In this document: one piece after another, positions 11,144 through 25,199 of the stretch
Position numbering within the stretch: position 1 is the stretch's first letter
How the letters are laid out: each line of letters begins with the position of its first letter
Assembly: GCA_010015585.1 (NCBI GenBank)
Contig: ML975150.1
DNA: 64,000 nt
Source: Eremomyces bilateralis CBS 781.70
Lineage: Eukaryota
Reading direction: 5' to 3' (one strand)
Translations under genes and position numbers: made by a program
The notes under the pieces: model-generated
Seen by the model: only the letters and a program-made list of their open reading frames with translations
Databases searched by the model: none
Told to the model about the DNA's origin: nothing

Positions 11144-14100
11144 CGTACACGTCAGGGGTCCCAAATGGCTGGACCCAGACGCAAACACAACAAACACAGG
11201 ATAGGCACCTCTTGTATGGATAGTATGCTCTGGGAAGGAACAAACAATTGCAACAATGCTAGTAAGATGGAATTCTGATTAATTATATCGGATATCAAGG
11301 GTCTTAAGGCCTGTCACTTTCAAAAGTCAACTTTCCATTATCCACTGTGTCTTTTATGTTTGGTTCTTGTGTAAATCCCCGGCCATGGGTTCGCCTGCAT
11401 GGCCGAGATACAGTAGACCAAGGATTTGCTTCTAGGTAAGGTCAACAGGGCGGTTTGTGTTCATCGAGGCTCCGGTCAACGAACGGAAGGCTGTGCACGG
11501 CAAGGTTTCCGAAATATTGAGACCCCAGGAAGAAGGGCAATCAACCAAAACTCCCCCATGCATGGCTGTATTTAGGTAATTGCATGATCGCCATGTCGAG
11601 TTGGGTCAGCCTTGTTGGCTGTTGCGCTCCCCCCTGGATCTCCGCCCTCGTATGAGACGATCATTGCTCTTCTCGCCGGTAGCTGCTGCTTCTGGTGCGA
11701 CTGGGCCACGTGGTCGGGATTAACCATACCTGAGGAAAGTTCTCAGGGAGCTGTAATCTGGATTGCTAGCACCTCTGCCCTGTGCTACTGATGCATGTCT
11801 CTGGTGGATGTCAAAGGAGATATTCATGCACAAAACGACCCAGGTGGGTTAATAATATAGTTGACTCCGTGAACCTAAACATGGAACTCCAGAAATGTGC
11901 AAAAATTGAGAACTTCAAACTTAAGTAGAGGTGCACCACACTTCAAAGACGACTCAGTTGGCCCCGTTCTGCCGTGGACCATTGGAGCCTTGCATTGAAA
12001 GCGCCTCGCATATTTGTGCCATAAATGTCTAACCCTAGCTCCGAAGCAGGAATTTGGCGGTGGAAACTGAGGCTCGGAATTGGGTCACAAATGGTTTACT
12101 AAATGATTAATAATATATAATATATACAGAACTATATACTCTGATACTTAGGTCCGATACCTATGCTTAGATCCTGCGGGAGAGATGTGGTTATACAAGG
12201 AGATCAGAGGCATGATGCGCTGGACGTCCGCCCCCGGCCACTTGAATGCGGAACGCTGCCTACTTGACTGAAGAGGTAATAAAGCTGAGCCTAGGATTGC
12301 GAAACCACTCTGGCTCTTTGGCTCTTCGAAATAATTAGACAGTCTGGACCCAAGCTCCCCAGCTGCTGCCCCCAAATCGTAAGTACCACCATACTGGTGC
12401 GAAACTCACAATGTGACCCTAGTGAGTATCCAGAATGATTAGTTAAAAGGGGTACATATTGGGCCGTGTTTGAGTCAACGGATGGTATATCGTTCTGAGT
12501 TCGCAACTTAGCACGGAACTCTTCTTTACGAACAAGGGAATGCTTTTCTGAACTCCAGGTGCAGGAGAGCTCTTCCCAAACCGCTTAACGTATAAGAAAG
12601 TTAGGATAAAGAGTATAGCTGATAGTGTCCAGAAATGGGTTAATTCCATGTGTACGCTCGGGGCATCCATGATGGAGAGGGGAAGTAAATAATATACTTT
12701 AGACCAGGATATGATATTCTATTAGATGGCATTGGTTGGAGGTAGCGTTGGTGATGGATAAACTTGTTGAAGCGGAAAAGTGCATTCGTGATGTACCTGG
12801 AATATTCCATCCTATCATGATGTTGGGCTATGAGTGTAGGCTGAATGGCAGTGCCGTATTTAGACAGAAGGATGCCATGGTTGGAGAATATGAGGCAGTT
12901 CATCGACCAATAGGAGGGCTGAATGAAACTTGATTGAAGGAGAAAGAGGTTCAAATTCGTTGGCGAAAAGGAACCTAACTCTGGCGCAGATTAAATACAA
13001 CACTAAACCACCATTTCGTCTCAGCATAGTATGGTACCTGTTGTTACTAAAACAATATAGCGGGGCGCGGAAATTTCGTATTGGAATGAGGATCACGCGG
13101 GAGACCTGTTTTGCTCGTTACAGTTGGATCAAAGCCCGGTCGAACATACCGTGCAGAGGGTTGCTTGGTGCTAGGCGCCGAGAGGAACGAAACGTGGAAT
13201 TCCAATGCATCCTAATTCATAACATGTTACCGTTGTTGAATAGAGCGGGTACGTAGCTGCGGACAATTTTGATTGACAAGCCTTGGTCGCACCCGCGTTG
13301 TCTCCGCAAAAGCGGCGTCTCACAACCCGACTGGCGAGTTTCAATCTACTTACTTCATGCTGTGCTCTCAACCGCGCGTTGTTTCTGTAGAGTGCCGATC
13401 GTGGGACTCTAGCACCCGGGTCATGATGCGGCGGCACGAACCGGGAGACGGCGTCGCTTTGTAAGGTGGAGAGATAATCCATCCAACTTCCAAGAGTGCC
13501 TCAACCAACGAATACCACCCGACACAGATCTCTCCGAGAGTCGAACACTGTTGGCTGTTGAGTGACGGCAGCACGAAATCCTCCGAACGATCGTTTTCGA
13601 AGGATGATTCGGCTGATAGAACTTCGCCACGATGATTTGACAAGACTCAAGAGATTCTCCGTACTGTACCTATCGTTTCCCCCCCTGCTCAACCCTGCTC
13701 GATCCTGCTCAAGCGTAGGCCCTGGTCTGATCCCTGAAGACAGCGAGGAGTGACGAGGCGAAGTCTGCCTGCCGGGTTGCCTTTGAATTTCGCCAAATTA
13801 TTGTGGCGCCCTCCATCCCGGCCGTCGGGCCGTGATGTGACGGAGCCTGGAGCCTGGACGATACAATAGTGCGGGGATGAGTTGACCAGCAGCTCAGCAC
13901 TGCCTCCCCAAAATAAGCGCAGCAGTTGCAGTGTGACGACCTCCCTGATCCTGGAGCGGCCATCTTTCGACCTGTGAGATGCTGAGTTCGGAGTTATGTG
14001 GCCCTGAGACGTTTGTGCTGGCGACAAAAAGGCTTAGTCCCCAATCCCTATCGAATTACAAACTTACCGTTTTCATGCTTCCATCAAATCCTGTGTTCTG

Positions 14101-14191
14101 CCCGTGAATTCAGCCTAGGGCGATGCATCAAGATATCTGTAGTTGATCGTTGGAGTCCAAACACAAAGAAGCGTTCAATCCATATTCTACC

Positions 14192-16728
14192 ATGTCGGGG
14201 TTAGAAGTGTTCCAAGTTCTTGCTTCCGCAATATCATTACTGGATGTCGTGAAGAGATGCGCTATGTTCATCAAAGACGCGGGACATGCTGATCGACACT
14301 TGCGTGAGTTGCGCCGTAAAATCAAGCAGTTGTATCGAGTGGTCGAGTCTGTCGAGCTCTTGATCCACCGAAGAGAAATCCAAAGAAGGAACAGTTCTGT
14401 TGCAAGAGAGGAAGAAGAGCGGATATGGAAGAACTTAAAAGGTTCTTTAGATGCATCCAACAAGCTTCTGGCGGATTTTACCAAGACAATTCACGGTACT
14501 GAGCACTCGAATCCGAATCCGAACGCGTTACAAAAAGCCAAAATCCAGTTCAATCTCGATTTTCACGAGACTGAAATAATTCGACTTCAGACCTCGATTG
14601 ACACACATGTCCAAGCAATCCAAGTTTATACTCAGTGTCTACAACAGTAAGTAGCGATCCACTTGACTGACTTAACCAAGCCTGTACTGACGGTTGACCA
14701 AGATTTGCTGCTGAGTCCAACCATGCGGAGCTCGTGGATCGAACGGACCGAATCGAAGTACTTGTCCGAGCTCTTATCTATGGCCGTCGGCAACTCGTGA
14801 CAAAACGTCTGGAGACAGACGCACTTGGCATTCAGGGACAGGGAAGCAGTAACACTCTGTTTGGGAATATTGCTTGGGATTCCAAACTTAAGAGCCCCTC
14901 TGAGAAAGATTCCGAAGTGACAACAATCACTGAGTACGTAGATGTCGCGTCGCAACTGCTGCAAGTGTGGGATCCCGAAGGCAACTCAGTTAGGAACATC
15001 AATCTCGATAGCAAAGAACTTGGCGATGAAGATGCGTCATCGGAGGAAAGCGACGACGCCTTCGAAGATATCAGCGAGAAGGTCCCAGATCTTATTTTAA
15101 GTCCACCGCCAGCCTTAGGCATGGAGATGCTGGCCCCAATTGAGACTGAAACGAAGAAACCGACGGGCGCTCCTACACCACCCTCGACTTTCCAAAAGAC
15201 ACCGCAACCACTGCTGGACTCATTCATACGGAGCTGTCAAGAAGCTATCCAAACATGCGACAAAAAAAACAATCCAGGCATCGCACTGGAGAAGCTAAAT
15301 AAGTTGATGAGACATCTCGAAGAGCGAGAGATATCATGGGGAATCAAGTTCGACAACAGACGCGAATTGCTGGAACTGAAGGCATATCTTTTGATAAGGA
15401 TGAAGAACTTTGACTCCGCTGAGAATATTCTCAGAGTCCTTCTAAACCAAAGCGCAAGTGCGAAGGACGCGCTCGCCGAAGAGGAAAAGCGAAGCGCAGA
15501 GCTAAATGAATCCAGATGCTACTACCTGTTGGCAGACGCTCATCTGGAGGCATATCTTCACTCCACAAATCGTTCTGCGCTAATGATGGCGGAGGAGAAT
15601 GCCAAATTCGCATTTAATGCTCGGCATCATTTACTTAACGACCACAGCTGCCCAGAGTTTGTACAGTCAGTCGAGCTGTGCATCCGGGTTTACCAGGAGC
15701 TCAAGGACCTTGACACCGCGGAGGACTATAAACGGTTGTTACCCCAACCCTCAATGCTGTCGCCTGAAATCGGAAGCGATGTATCATCCGACCAGATATC
15801 GAGGCGGGAGAGCTCTGGATCGTCGTTCAACATCGCCGAGATTGTCAATATCAACGCCCCTGACACAGCAGGGCGACCACCGCTCATTCGAGCCATTCGC
15901 AGCGGCGATCTTACTCTGGTTCGAGAGTGCCTTGACCGTGGTGCGGATGTCAACTGTAGAGATAAGGCTGGCATTCCTCCGATACTCTATGCGTCCGAGT
16001 CAGGGTCGGAAAATATCGTCAAGATGCTCCTTGAACGTGGCGTCCGCATTGATGAAACGGACAGCAGAAAAGGACAGACTGCGCTTCACCGAGCTGCCTT
16101 CCGCAATAAAACGCTGATGACAAGAGTTCTTCTTGAGAATCAGGCTGATATCGAGGCCCGGGATCGACAAGGCCTCACACCTTTGATGCGCGCAGTGCAG
16201 CAAAACAACGGTTTGGTCGTTCAAATCCTCCTTGACTACAAAGCAAATCCAAATACACGGGCAACCAGCGGTTCTCAGTGGCCTCCCCTCCACTTCGCGA
16301 TCCAACGAGATTCTTCGGAGATGATAAGGTTACTCCTTTCAGCCAAAGAGCCTGCAGACGTCAACTCTATGTGTCGAGGGGGGAAGACGGCGCTACACTA
16401 TGCCTCCGAGACTGGTGCTCGCCGATGCGCCGAACTCCTCGTCGAAAACGGTGCAGACATCAACCTAAAAGATGCTGGGAACGGGTCCCCCTTGTATCTT
16501 GCGGTCGAATCCAGTAAAGATGACATTGTCAAGCTCCTACTCCTACACGGGGCGCATGTCGACAAAGATCACCTTCCTCCACAATGGAAAAAATATAAAA
16601 CTCTGGTCGAACAAATTCAGGGCCCAGAGCTTCGAAGGAAGGATAGCAATGCCACAGCAAAGACCAGAAAAAGTATGGCCTCAACGTTTTCAGCCATGTC
16701 GAAGCCTTTTAGTAGACACAGGGGTTGA
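14192..16728 (+). CDS. HeLo-like N-terminal domain, helical/TPR-like region and ankyrin repeats (intron 14647-14702)
   Basis: MSGLEVFQVLASAISLLDVV start typical of HeLo-like/NLR N-terminal domains; in-frame splice; about 7 ankyrin repeats (GRPPLIRA, GQTALHRA, GLTPLMRA, GKTALHYA, GSPLYLA). Confidence 0.85.
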
Positions 16729-18009
16729 GTAGTTTATGACGGATGTTTATTTCTTGGATTCAGCGACTAAGGCGTTTGCGGCGATTGGGGCTCAATTGTG
16801 AGAATCTGACCTTTAAGGCGATGTAAACGGCATTTTTGGATGAGAGGTCAGGGTGCTATAACAACAGGAGTTCGTTAAGGTACGCCGATAGATATCGACT
16901 GGTGGACTGGTCGGTTTGGTATTCCTGTTTCGGGAGCGGCCAGACAAAGAGGCTACATGTATTAGTATGATTTTGCCATGATATCAGTGCTCTGTGGCAG
17001 ATTCTGCCTTAGAGTCGATGAGAAGATAATAATAATGACGACAATGGTTTCGGTTGAAAATTGATATTCAATCGCTAGCGGCAAAGCCCCTTTATATCTA
17101 ACGAGAAGGGAGTTAAATAATCGACACAGATCCAAACAGAAGAGAAAGAATTGTTTTGCACCCATTTGATTGTTCATGACTTGGACTATCGGCGCTTCAG
17201 AAAATGTTACTGAGAAGCTCAGAGCCAATGATTAACATAGAATGAACTTAATAGCTGGAATCAAACTTTCTGCAATTTTAATTCAAGCGGCCAAGCCCAT
17301 TTTATCTCTATGTAGGAATAATCTGTCTGGCACTGCTCTAAGCGCTTGAAAAACCAATTATTCGAGAGCTACTAACCTCTCATAAATTGAAGCCCAGGAG
17401 GCGATACCCTGTTAGAGGACCAGGCACTGAATCCCATCCACATAGAATTTTAGCGGTCACACTTAGGGAACGGCGTAGAGTAAGAAAGGTGTGTAGGGTA
17501 GGAAGCGGTAGGTAAGTTTAGAGGGACAAGGACAGACTTTGGCACGTTGCACACCTGGAAGCTTTGGTTTGTGGATTGTGAAGGCCGTGCTTATTTCTAC
17601 AGACAGCGCACAACGAACTGTTACGATGTTAAAGTGAATGTGAATGTGGAAGAATGAATCGATATCGCGAAACCTCAACTTAGCCTGGCGTTCTGTCTCC
17701 CTGTTGCTAGCTGGCTTAGTGCTCTGTGCACGGCCTGCAGGTAATTATAAATTAGTGTTGTCCCTGATGTGGCGCCACTCACCTGCACCGCCCCCGGCTA
17801 GGCAATCTCTGTGGCGGTGTTGTCTTGTGTCGTCATTGTATTTGGCTGACATCGATGGAACTTCTTGACGCATTAGATTCATGCTGTTAATCCCTCAAGA
17901 CCTTTCATTCCCACACCAGTCATATCCGCCTTGTCCGGGTTATATAGACTGCCTCACCAAGGTTGAACCTGTATAAAGTCATGAACTTGTGTCTAGTGGC
18001 CATTCTACC

Positions 18010-20229
18010 ATGTCAGACAACGAGCTGACTCCCTCCGAACTGGACGCTCTGCTCGACATCCTCGTCCACAATGAGTCGTATGCGGAAATCGAGCGCTTCA
18101 AATACTCTGGCGCAATCAAGAACTATGGTCCGCCATTTCATATTGATGACGATGTCATACCCTCCTCTCCGATACTCCAAACCCTCGTCTCGCGGTTTCT
18201 GCTGACACTGCCTGGACTACGGGACGTTTCGGAAGAGTTCTGGAAGGACAGAATACACAACCTGATTGAAGAGCTTGGAGATGCGGAACTCTCTGAGAGT
18301 TACGATAAGGGTTCGATTGGGGCTAGAAGGACGCTTTCGACAGCGATTGCAACACTTCTAGAATACCCCGCGAAGGGGGTCCTGCATGGGCTTCCTAAGG
18401 AAAAATCCTTAAAGGATGACAAGGACTATGATGCCACAAAGGCAGATGACCTTTTCGATGCCTTTCACACCTTTCTGCATCAAATTGTGCATGGTGATAT
18501 GATAGACCAATTGTTTGAAGTTGTCGCACATAGTGATAAGGTGGAAGATCACTCGCCATTAGTTCAGACTGCCCACGAGTTTCTCCTTGTGAAGTATGTT
18601 ATAGCTGTGCCTTTAGTTACGAAATCAATCACTAACGCAGTGCTAGCCTGGCCTCATTTCTCCACTACATTACTGTACTGTCTCCAGATGGGCAATTCAT
18701 CATGAAAATCCTCTCATGGGTCCATCGCCTGATCCCCTACACTGTCGTCCGACAAACATTGAGAATTGGAAATGCGGCCACTATGATAGGCGCCATGGTG
18801 AAATTGGTTCTCACGAAGATGTCACTCGGTAGCATCACTAATTGGATGGGATGGAGCAAAGGCGCAGATGAAGGGATGAATTTGATGCAACAGTCAGTAT
18901 CTCCTCAAATTCGACGGTACAAATGTTGAGTGCAACAGGATTGTATCCACAGTCATCAGTTGGGACCTGGCTGAGCTGCAGAAGCAAGCTGCGAAAGCCG
19001 AAAGGACCGCAGATGGGCAGGGGAAAGTACATCTAAGCCACATCAAAGAGCACATTGAGGTTCCACGAGAGGAGCGTGAGAAACGTCGGCAGATAAGCCG
19101 TGAGTATACGCCGAACAGATCCTAATAATCCTCGGGAGGCACCCCTAACTCGACCGCAGAAAACACCCCTCAATCAATTATCGCCACAATTATATCCGAA
19201 GCGACTGAGGCCGATGTTGAGGACATGACTCCTGAGCATCATGATCGTTCACTGGAGTATCTAGATCTGCAGATGAGTATGCGCGATAGGACGCAAATCT
19301 CTCGAATATTCTGCACCAGGTCGCCAGATATCCTTACCCCGACCGTTAAAGACGTCGTTTCGGCGTATGATCCTATCATTCGAGCTGTCCACAACGCAGT
19401 TGACTTAAGTGGTACCTTGTCCAACCTTGAAGCCTTTCTCACAGACTTCATTAAGCTTGCGCAGCTCCACGAGAAAGAAGGACCTATCAAGAGCACAGCA
19501 ACCAGTCGGCCATCTTCACAGGCTCCCTCACGTACGGCATCACCAGCACGGGTGGTGAAAAATGCTCCTAAAGCACGAACTGCATCCCCAGGGCCTGCGT
19601 CAGAAGATATAACAAAAGCGAAGCCACCCCCAGAGCCGCCAATAACCAAACCCGCGCCATCCGTCAAGGATTTTATAGGGTTACTCAGGAAGCATCAAAA
19701 CTCCCTGCATAAGTTTCTCCATCAGGTTGCCCACAATGGGCCGGAGGTCGCGTCATGGTATCGAGACTATGTCAAGTCCAGCGCTGCTCAATTCAAGCCT
19801 TCATCAACGCTGAATGTCAATATCAAGAAGGAGCTCCAAGGCATGTTCAACAAGCTGCAAGATAAAGAGAAAGATCAAGTACGGAAGGACTTGGACGACC
19901 ATGCGGCGTATATCCAAAGGTTACAAGATGCAACGAGGAAGCGAATGCAGGAAGCGCTTGATGGCACCGAGTTCGGAGAAGACGTCGGCCCTGGGATGTA
20001 TCTGGCTCGATGGAAGGAGCTTTTGGATGCAACATTACTTACACCCCTTGAACCGAAGGGACCGTTGCGTAAAGGACCTGAGGGGAAAGTTGGAAAGGAA
20101 AATGGCCGGAGAACGGATAGACGGGGGAAACAGGAACAGGACGATATAGATTCGAGTACCGTCATCGCGCATTTTGCCCCCGGTTTCTTGGATGCTCTGG
20201 GTCGGTGGACAAGAGAGAACATGAAGTGA
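18010..20229 (+). CDS. PX-associated domain protein (PXB/DUF3818-like), 4 exons
   Basis: LTPSELDALLDILVHNESYAEIE, LSESYDKG, LIPYTVVRQTLRIGNAATMI and YDPIIRAVHNAVDLS; introns near 18594, 18893 and 19099. Confidence 0.8.
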
Positions 20230-20754
20230 TGATAGCACAATGACCGCTGTTCAGGGGCTAGCTCTTCGAATAGATGACAAGCGATTAGATCCTAAACTGC
20301 CCGTTTGCTAAAACGTGATGTGCAATGCACGCAAATTTTGCCTCTTGCTTCTCTACGACGGACTATCGACCATCCAAAGGTGTACTTGATTTAAATAATT
20401 ATTTCGGTATTGCAAGGGGTCCTCATTTGGATCCCTGTTGTTTCATAAGCGCGAGGCTGCCACCTCTCCGAACCTACTCCGTACGGCGGTATTCGGTGTC
20501 GAATACGAGATGATGTTCCACGACGCTTGGAAACTGCCTTTAAATGGGAAATCGGCACTGGCAATCCTCAATAGCATCGGGACTGCGGACATTGGATACG
20601 GGGATGATCGATGGACATATAATGGTCGAGGACGCCCGGAAGAATACTCGAGTTTGGAAATATTGACAGTTGCATGTCGCAAGTATTGTGTTCGATATTG
20701 TTCTGAATGAAAGCATCCCCAAAAGAGCTTCGGAAGATTTGCGCCACCGACGCA

Positions 20755-21995
20755 ATGCAGTTTTATACTTTATTTTTGGCTCTACTGATTTCGAACTCTG
20801 CATGGGCCCAAACCTGCATTTCAGAGTCAAACCAGAACGGCGAATGTCTTCCTGCAGCCAATTGCACCAGTAGTGGAGGGTCTGCTACTGGAGCAGGGAA
20901 CTGTGCAGGAGAAGAGTTCCAAGTAAGTGTTCTAGCCCAGCAGGCATGATCTGATATGTCTGCGGAGGGTGGATGGGTAGCATGTCATTAACTTCACCAG
21001 TGTTGTACCTTTGGAGCCTGCACCGTTCTTTCGATCCCTGGAATCTGTCAACCCATAGCGACATGTAAAGGGACATCGAATCCAGGCTTCTGTCCTGGAC
21101 CAGCAGGGTGCATGCTAGTAAATCGGCCTCCTGAAATAGTTGCTCACCTGTCCCAGGATCCAATGCTGCACTCCATCGAACAGCACAGTACGCTGCACCA
21201 CGGATCCCTGTACCGATATTGGAGGAACATGCGAAAGTGACACCACATGTCGAGGGATATCGACTCCTGGAATTTGCTCAGGAGCAGCTGACGAACAATG
21301 CTGCACGACGTTTCCAGGCACTAGAGGCAAACGGTGCCAGTACGAAGGGATCAATACCGCGGGACTGACCCTCATCAAGAGATGGGAAGGGCTCGTTTGT
21401 GCTCCAGCGCCGGATCCCATTGGTCTACCTACAGTCGGGTAGGGGAATGCTTTCGAAACTCGAAACTCAAAATCAAGCGAGACTGACACATACAGATATG
21501 GGCATCTTTGCGAAATAGAAAACTGCGGAGAAGTCGAATATAAGTTCCCGTTGACAGCTGACAGTGCAGACAAGCTGCTAAGAGATGATCTGGTGGTGCG
21601 TTCGGCTTCAATTTCGCTCGATGTAAGGAACTGACAAGTGTTAGACATACAAACAATGCCTGTCCACAATGCTCAATGACACAGTCATATTGAACAAGAA
21701 CCAATACGGTGCGCTTGTTAGCTTCACTTTAAACATGGGATGTGGGCAGATGCAGAATTCCACACTCGTGGACAGACTGAATGCTGGAGAGGAGCCAGTA
21801 AAGGTTGCCTCCGAGGAACTTCCTCGTTGGGTCTATGCTGGCGGAGATGTTCTGCCCGGACTGGTGAAAAGACGAGCAGATGAGGTCCGGCTGTTTAAGA
21901 TCCCGGAGAAGCAGATTGGGCATCCGCCGCAATGTATAGGGTTTAGATTTGATGATACAGACGATGGATCGTATACAGGGGTGATTTCGAAGTGA
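20755..21995 (+). CDS. Secreted GH24 (phage-type) lysozyme with three N-terminal 6-Cys repeats
   Basis: Signal peptide MQFYTLFLALLISNSAWA; catalytic E-x8-D-x5-T in EGLVCAPAPDPIGLPTVGYGH; NQYGALVSFTLNMG and LPGLVKRRADE; four canonical introns. Confidence 0.92.
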
Positions 21996-22751
21996 ATGTA
22001 TGACAGGGAATAAGAGAGAATGGTATGATGTACTTGGCTTTGGTTTATCGAGAACCTTGGTGTGAGAACAGCTTCAGTGACATAATAAGGATTGTAATAC
22101 CTGTAAGCCGATCAAGACACTTCCACTGGGGACAAGAATTGATGCTGGAAGCCGCTAGGGAGCAAGGGGTTCAGGGGGAATTTAGCCGACTCCCCAGATG
22201 GGAGCTTTTGGTATAGCCGTCGTCTAATGCAGGCAGCATGAGTCCCAGAAAAAAAAGGAAACAAAAATTGGACCATGGGTTTCTGGTACATCTCAGGGTC
22301 TCATAATGTATCGCGATGTGACTCCCTTCTGAGGTCTGCCTCAACTGTGCTGTATATGTTGACTGGCGGACGGGAATGGTAACAGGGCGGCCAGAATTCG
22401 TCCTGCAGGCTTAGGACTCTTGGACCTATTGAACATTCCTTCCCGTCCGATATGCATCGGTACTTCACATCTCATCAATGATCAGATATTCTATATTGAG
22501 CTTCTGAAATGTGAAAACGGCAGCGAAAGGGAAAACATCACGGCGTGATGGGCTAGAGAAGTTGAGGACCTCGTACGCATGCATGCACGCATGAGACTGT
22601 AACAGCAGTGCTGGAATAAAAGTGGAGAAGTCAATGTGATGGCATGATCACGTGACTGGTATTCAACGGCGATATCTCATTCCCAAACTTATTATTCCAG
22701 TTCTTGTCCAGACCTGCACAACACCCCTCCATTTTCTTTTCACATGCAATC

Positions 22752-24628
22752 ATGACCTCAATAGCGGCCTCACTGGCCAAGGCGCTGCCGAAGCCGAAAT
22801 ATTCGGGTGAGGACGAGGAGTTGCCGACACACACGAAGACGCGAGGACCTCGTGTTGTCGGCGCCGATTCTATCGAATCCAAACAAGTCACGTTAAAGGT
22901 AAACCGAAACGGTATTGTCCTAGATACATGGGCGCGTTGGATCTAACTATTTACGTGCAGAGACATGGACCACCATCGTATGGTCAACGGATCGGGTGGC
23001 GACCACGATCCGCCGAAGATTTCGGCGATGGCGGCGCCTTTCCTGAAGTCGCGGTCGCCCAATATCCCCTCGATATGGGTAGAAAGAATACTGGATCATC
23101 CAATGCCCTGGCGCTTCAAGTCGACAGCGAAGGCAAGATGAAGTACGACGCCATCGCGACACGAGGGCATGCCGAGAATCGAATCGTTCAAGCAAGCTTC
23201 AAGGACCTGATCCCGCTACGACAGAGGGCAGATGTGGGAGAAATTTCATTGGAGAGACCATCGGAGGAGGAGGTCGCGGCCACAAAAGAAAAGACGGCTA
23301 CGGCGCTCGCGAAGCTGGTGTCCGGTGCAGTGGCGGCGCAAAAGCCTAAGAATGTGAAGGGGACAAGTCGAGTAGCGCCTAGTTTCGTGCGATATACGCC
23401 GGCAAATCAGATGGGCGACACTTCACAAAAACAAGACCGAATCGTCAAGATCGTGGAACGACAGCAGGATCCTATGGACCCTCCAAAGTTCAAGCATAAA
23501 AAGATCCCTCGAGGACCACCTTCACCACCGCCACCCATCCTTCATTCCCCTCCTCGAAAACTCACCGCCGCCGATCAAGAAGCCTGGAAAATTCCGCCAC
23601 CGATTTCCAACTGGAAGAATCCGAAGGGTTACACCGTGCCTCTCGACAAGCGATTAGCAGCCGACGGGCGGGGCCTGCAGGACGTTACGATCAACGACAA
23701 ATTCAGTCAGTTTGCAGAAGCGCTGTATACCGCCGATCGCCATGCTCGTGAGGAGGTGAAACAACGGGCACAGATGCAGCAAAAGCTGGCCGAGAAGGAG
23801 AAACTTGCGAAGGAAGAGCATCTCCGAGGGCTGGCACAGCGCGCCAGGGATGAGCGCGCGGAAGCCGGGGCGAAGCGGCAGGGCCGGCGGCGTGGGTCCG
23901 ACGAGAGTCGTCGACGGAGTCGAAGCCGCAGCGTCGACAGCTACGACGAGCGGTCGGCGTCCGAGAGTGAGAGCGAAGGAGAGGCGAGAGAGCGCGAGGA
24001 TGCACGGCGGGAGAAACGGCGGGAAAATCAGCGAGAACTTCGGCAGTCGCGCATGGGGACCGAAAGAAGACTACAGATGCTGGCACGGGAACAAGGACGA
24101 GATATTTCCGAGCGAGTCGCGTTGGGGTTGGCGAAGCCGACGGCGTCAGGAGAGGCGATGTACGACTCCAGGCTGTTTAACCAGCAGAGTGGATTTTCGG
24201 CTGGTTTCAACGAAGATCAAGCGTACGACAAGCCGTTGTTCGCGGCCCAAGAAGCCGTGAGGTCGATATATCGACCGACCGTGGGCGATGATGACGGGGA
24301 GGATGACGGAGAGACGATGGACAAGATCACTAAAACGAGTCGATTTGAGGTTCTTGGGAGGGCCAAGGAAGGGTTCAAGGGTGCGGATTCACAAGACGTA
24401 AGTGCACCCCTTCTACAGTCTTTCGCATGAAGACGATTGACTAATGAACTACAGAAACGTGAGGGTCCGGTCCAGTTCGAGAAAGATGACGATCCGTTTA
24501 ATATCGGTCAAATGATTGAAGACGTCCGAAAAGGGACAGCCGGCGAGGGCAAGAAACGTTATGGGTTGGACGATAGAGAGGAGGAAAGGAGTTCAAAGAA
24601 GCCTCGTATTGATGACGATGATGAATAG
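22752..24628 (+). CDS. PRP45: Pre-mRNA splicing factor Prp45/SKIP (SNW domain)
   Basis: DFGDGGAFPE, QYPLDMG, SNWKNPKGYTVPLDKRLAADGRGL and terminal REGPVQFEK exon. Confidence 0.97.
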
Positions 24629-25064
24629 ATCGGCTATTGCGAGAGTTCCTTGGGTGCATGCAAATCGGCGCAATCAGGAGAGGCATATTTCTCTTACTGG
24701 AGGGCAAACCGATACTGGGAATTCCGAGTGGCCTATTTGAGCCTTGTATTGATATCAGAAGCCGAACCAACATCAGGTGCAATCGCAGTCCGCGGATGGT
24801 GAAGGTCATTCGGGCGTGAGAGCTGCTCGTACATGTATAAACCGTTCAATTTTAACTGACGAATTCGCATTATCGTGAAACAGTGTCTTGGATATGAGGC
24901 ACTATTTCCAGCCAGCCCATACAGCAAATTTTACCGAAAAGCCATTTTTACCTTGACAATTTTCTCATCCCTCGTGCAGCGTGCTTGAATTCTAGTGGAG
25001 TTGGTTGTGGTATCAGTTGTGAGGAAGAAATTCACGAATGTTGATGTGCAGGGATTGGACCTAC

Positions 25065-25097
25065 TCACGTGACCGAATATTTCGCTAAGCCCACCAC
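25065..25097 (+). promoter_or_regulatory. Candidate RPL4 promoter elements: TCACGTGAC E-box, CGCTAAGCCC Dde-box-like site and CCCACC
   Basis: Motifs lie 100-135 bp upstream of the ATG. An identical TCACGTGAC lies at 22648-22656 upstream of PRP45. Function inferred by analogy to fungal ribosomal-protein promoters. Confidence 0.4.
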
Positions 25098-25199
25098 ATC
25101 ACACGAATTTCCCTGCAAAGCTTCAACTCTCGAGATATCTCGACTAACCCACAGGAATTCGACGTCCACATACTCGTCATTTGCACCATCACCGGCACA

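Noticed and set aside
12148..14027. Cluster of short ORFs between the transporter and the HeLo-ankyrin gene
   Set aside because: No recognisable motif or consistent exon chain; may hide a decayed gene but cannot be supported.
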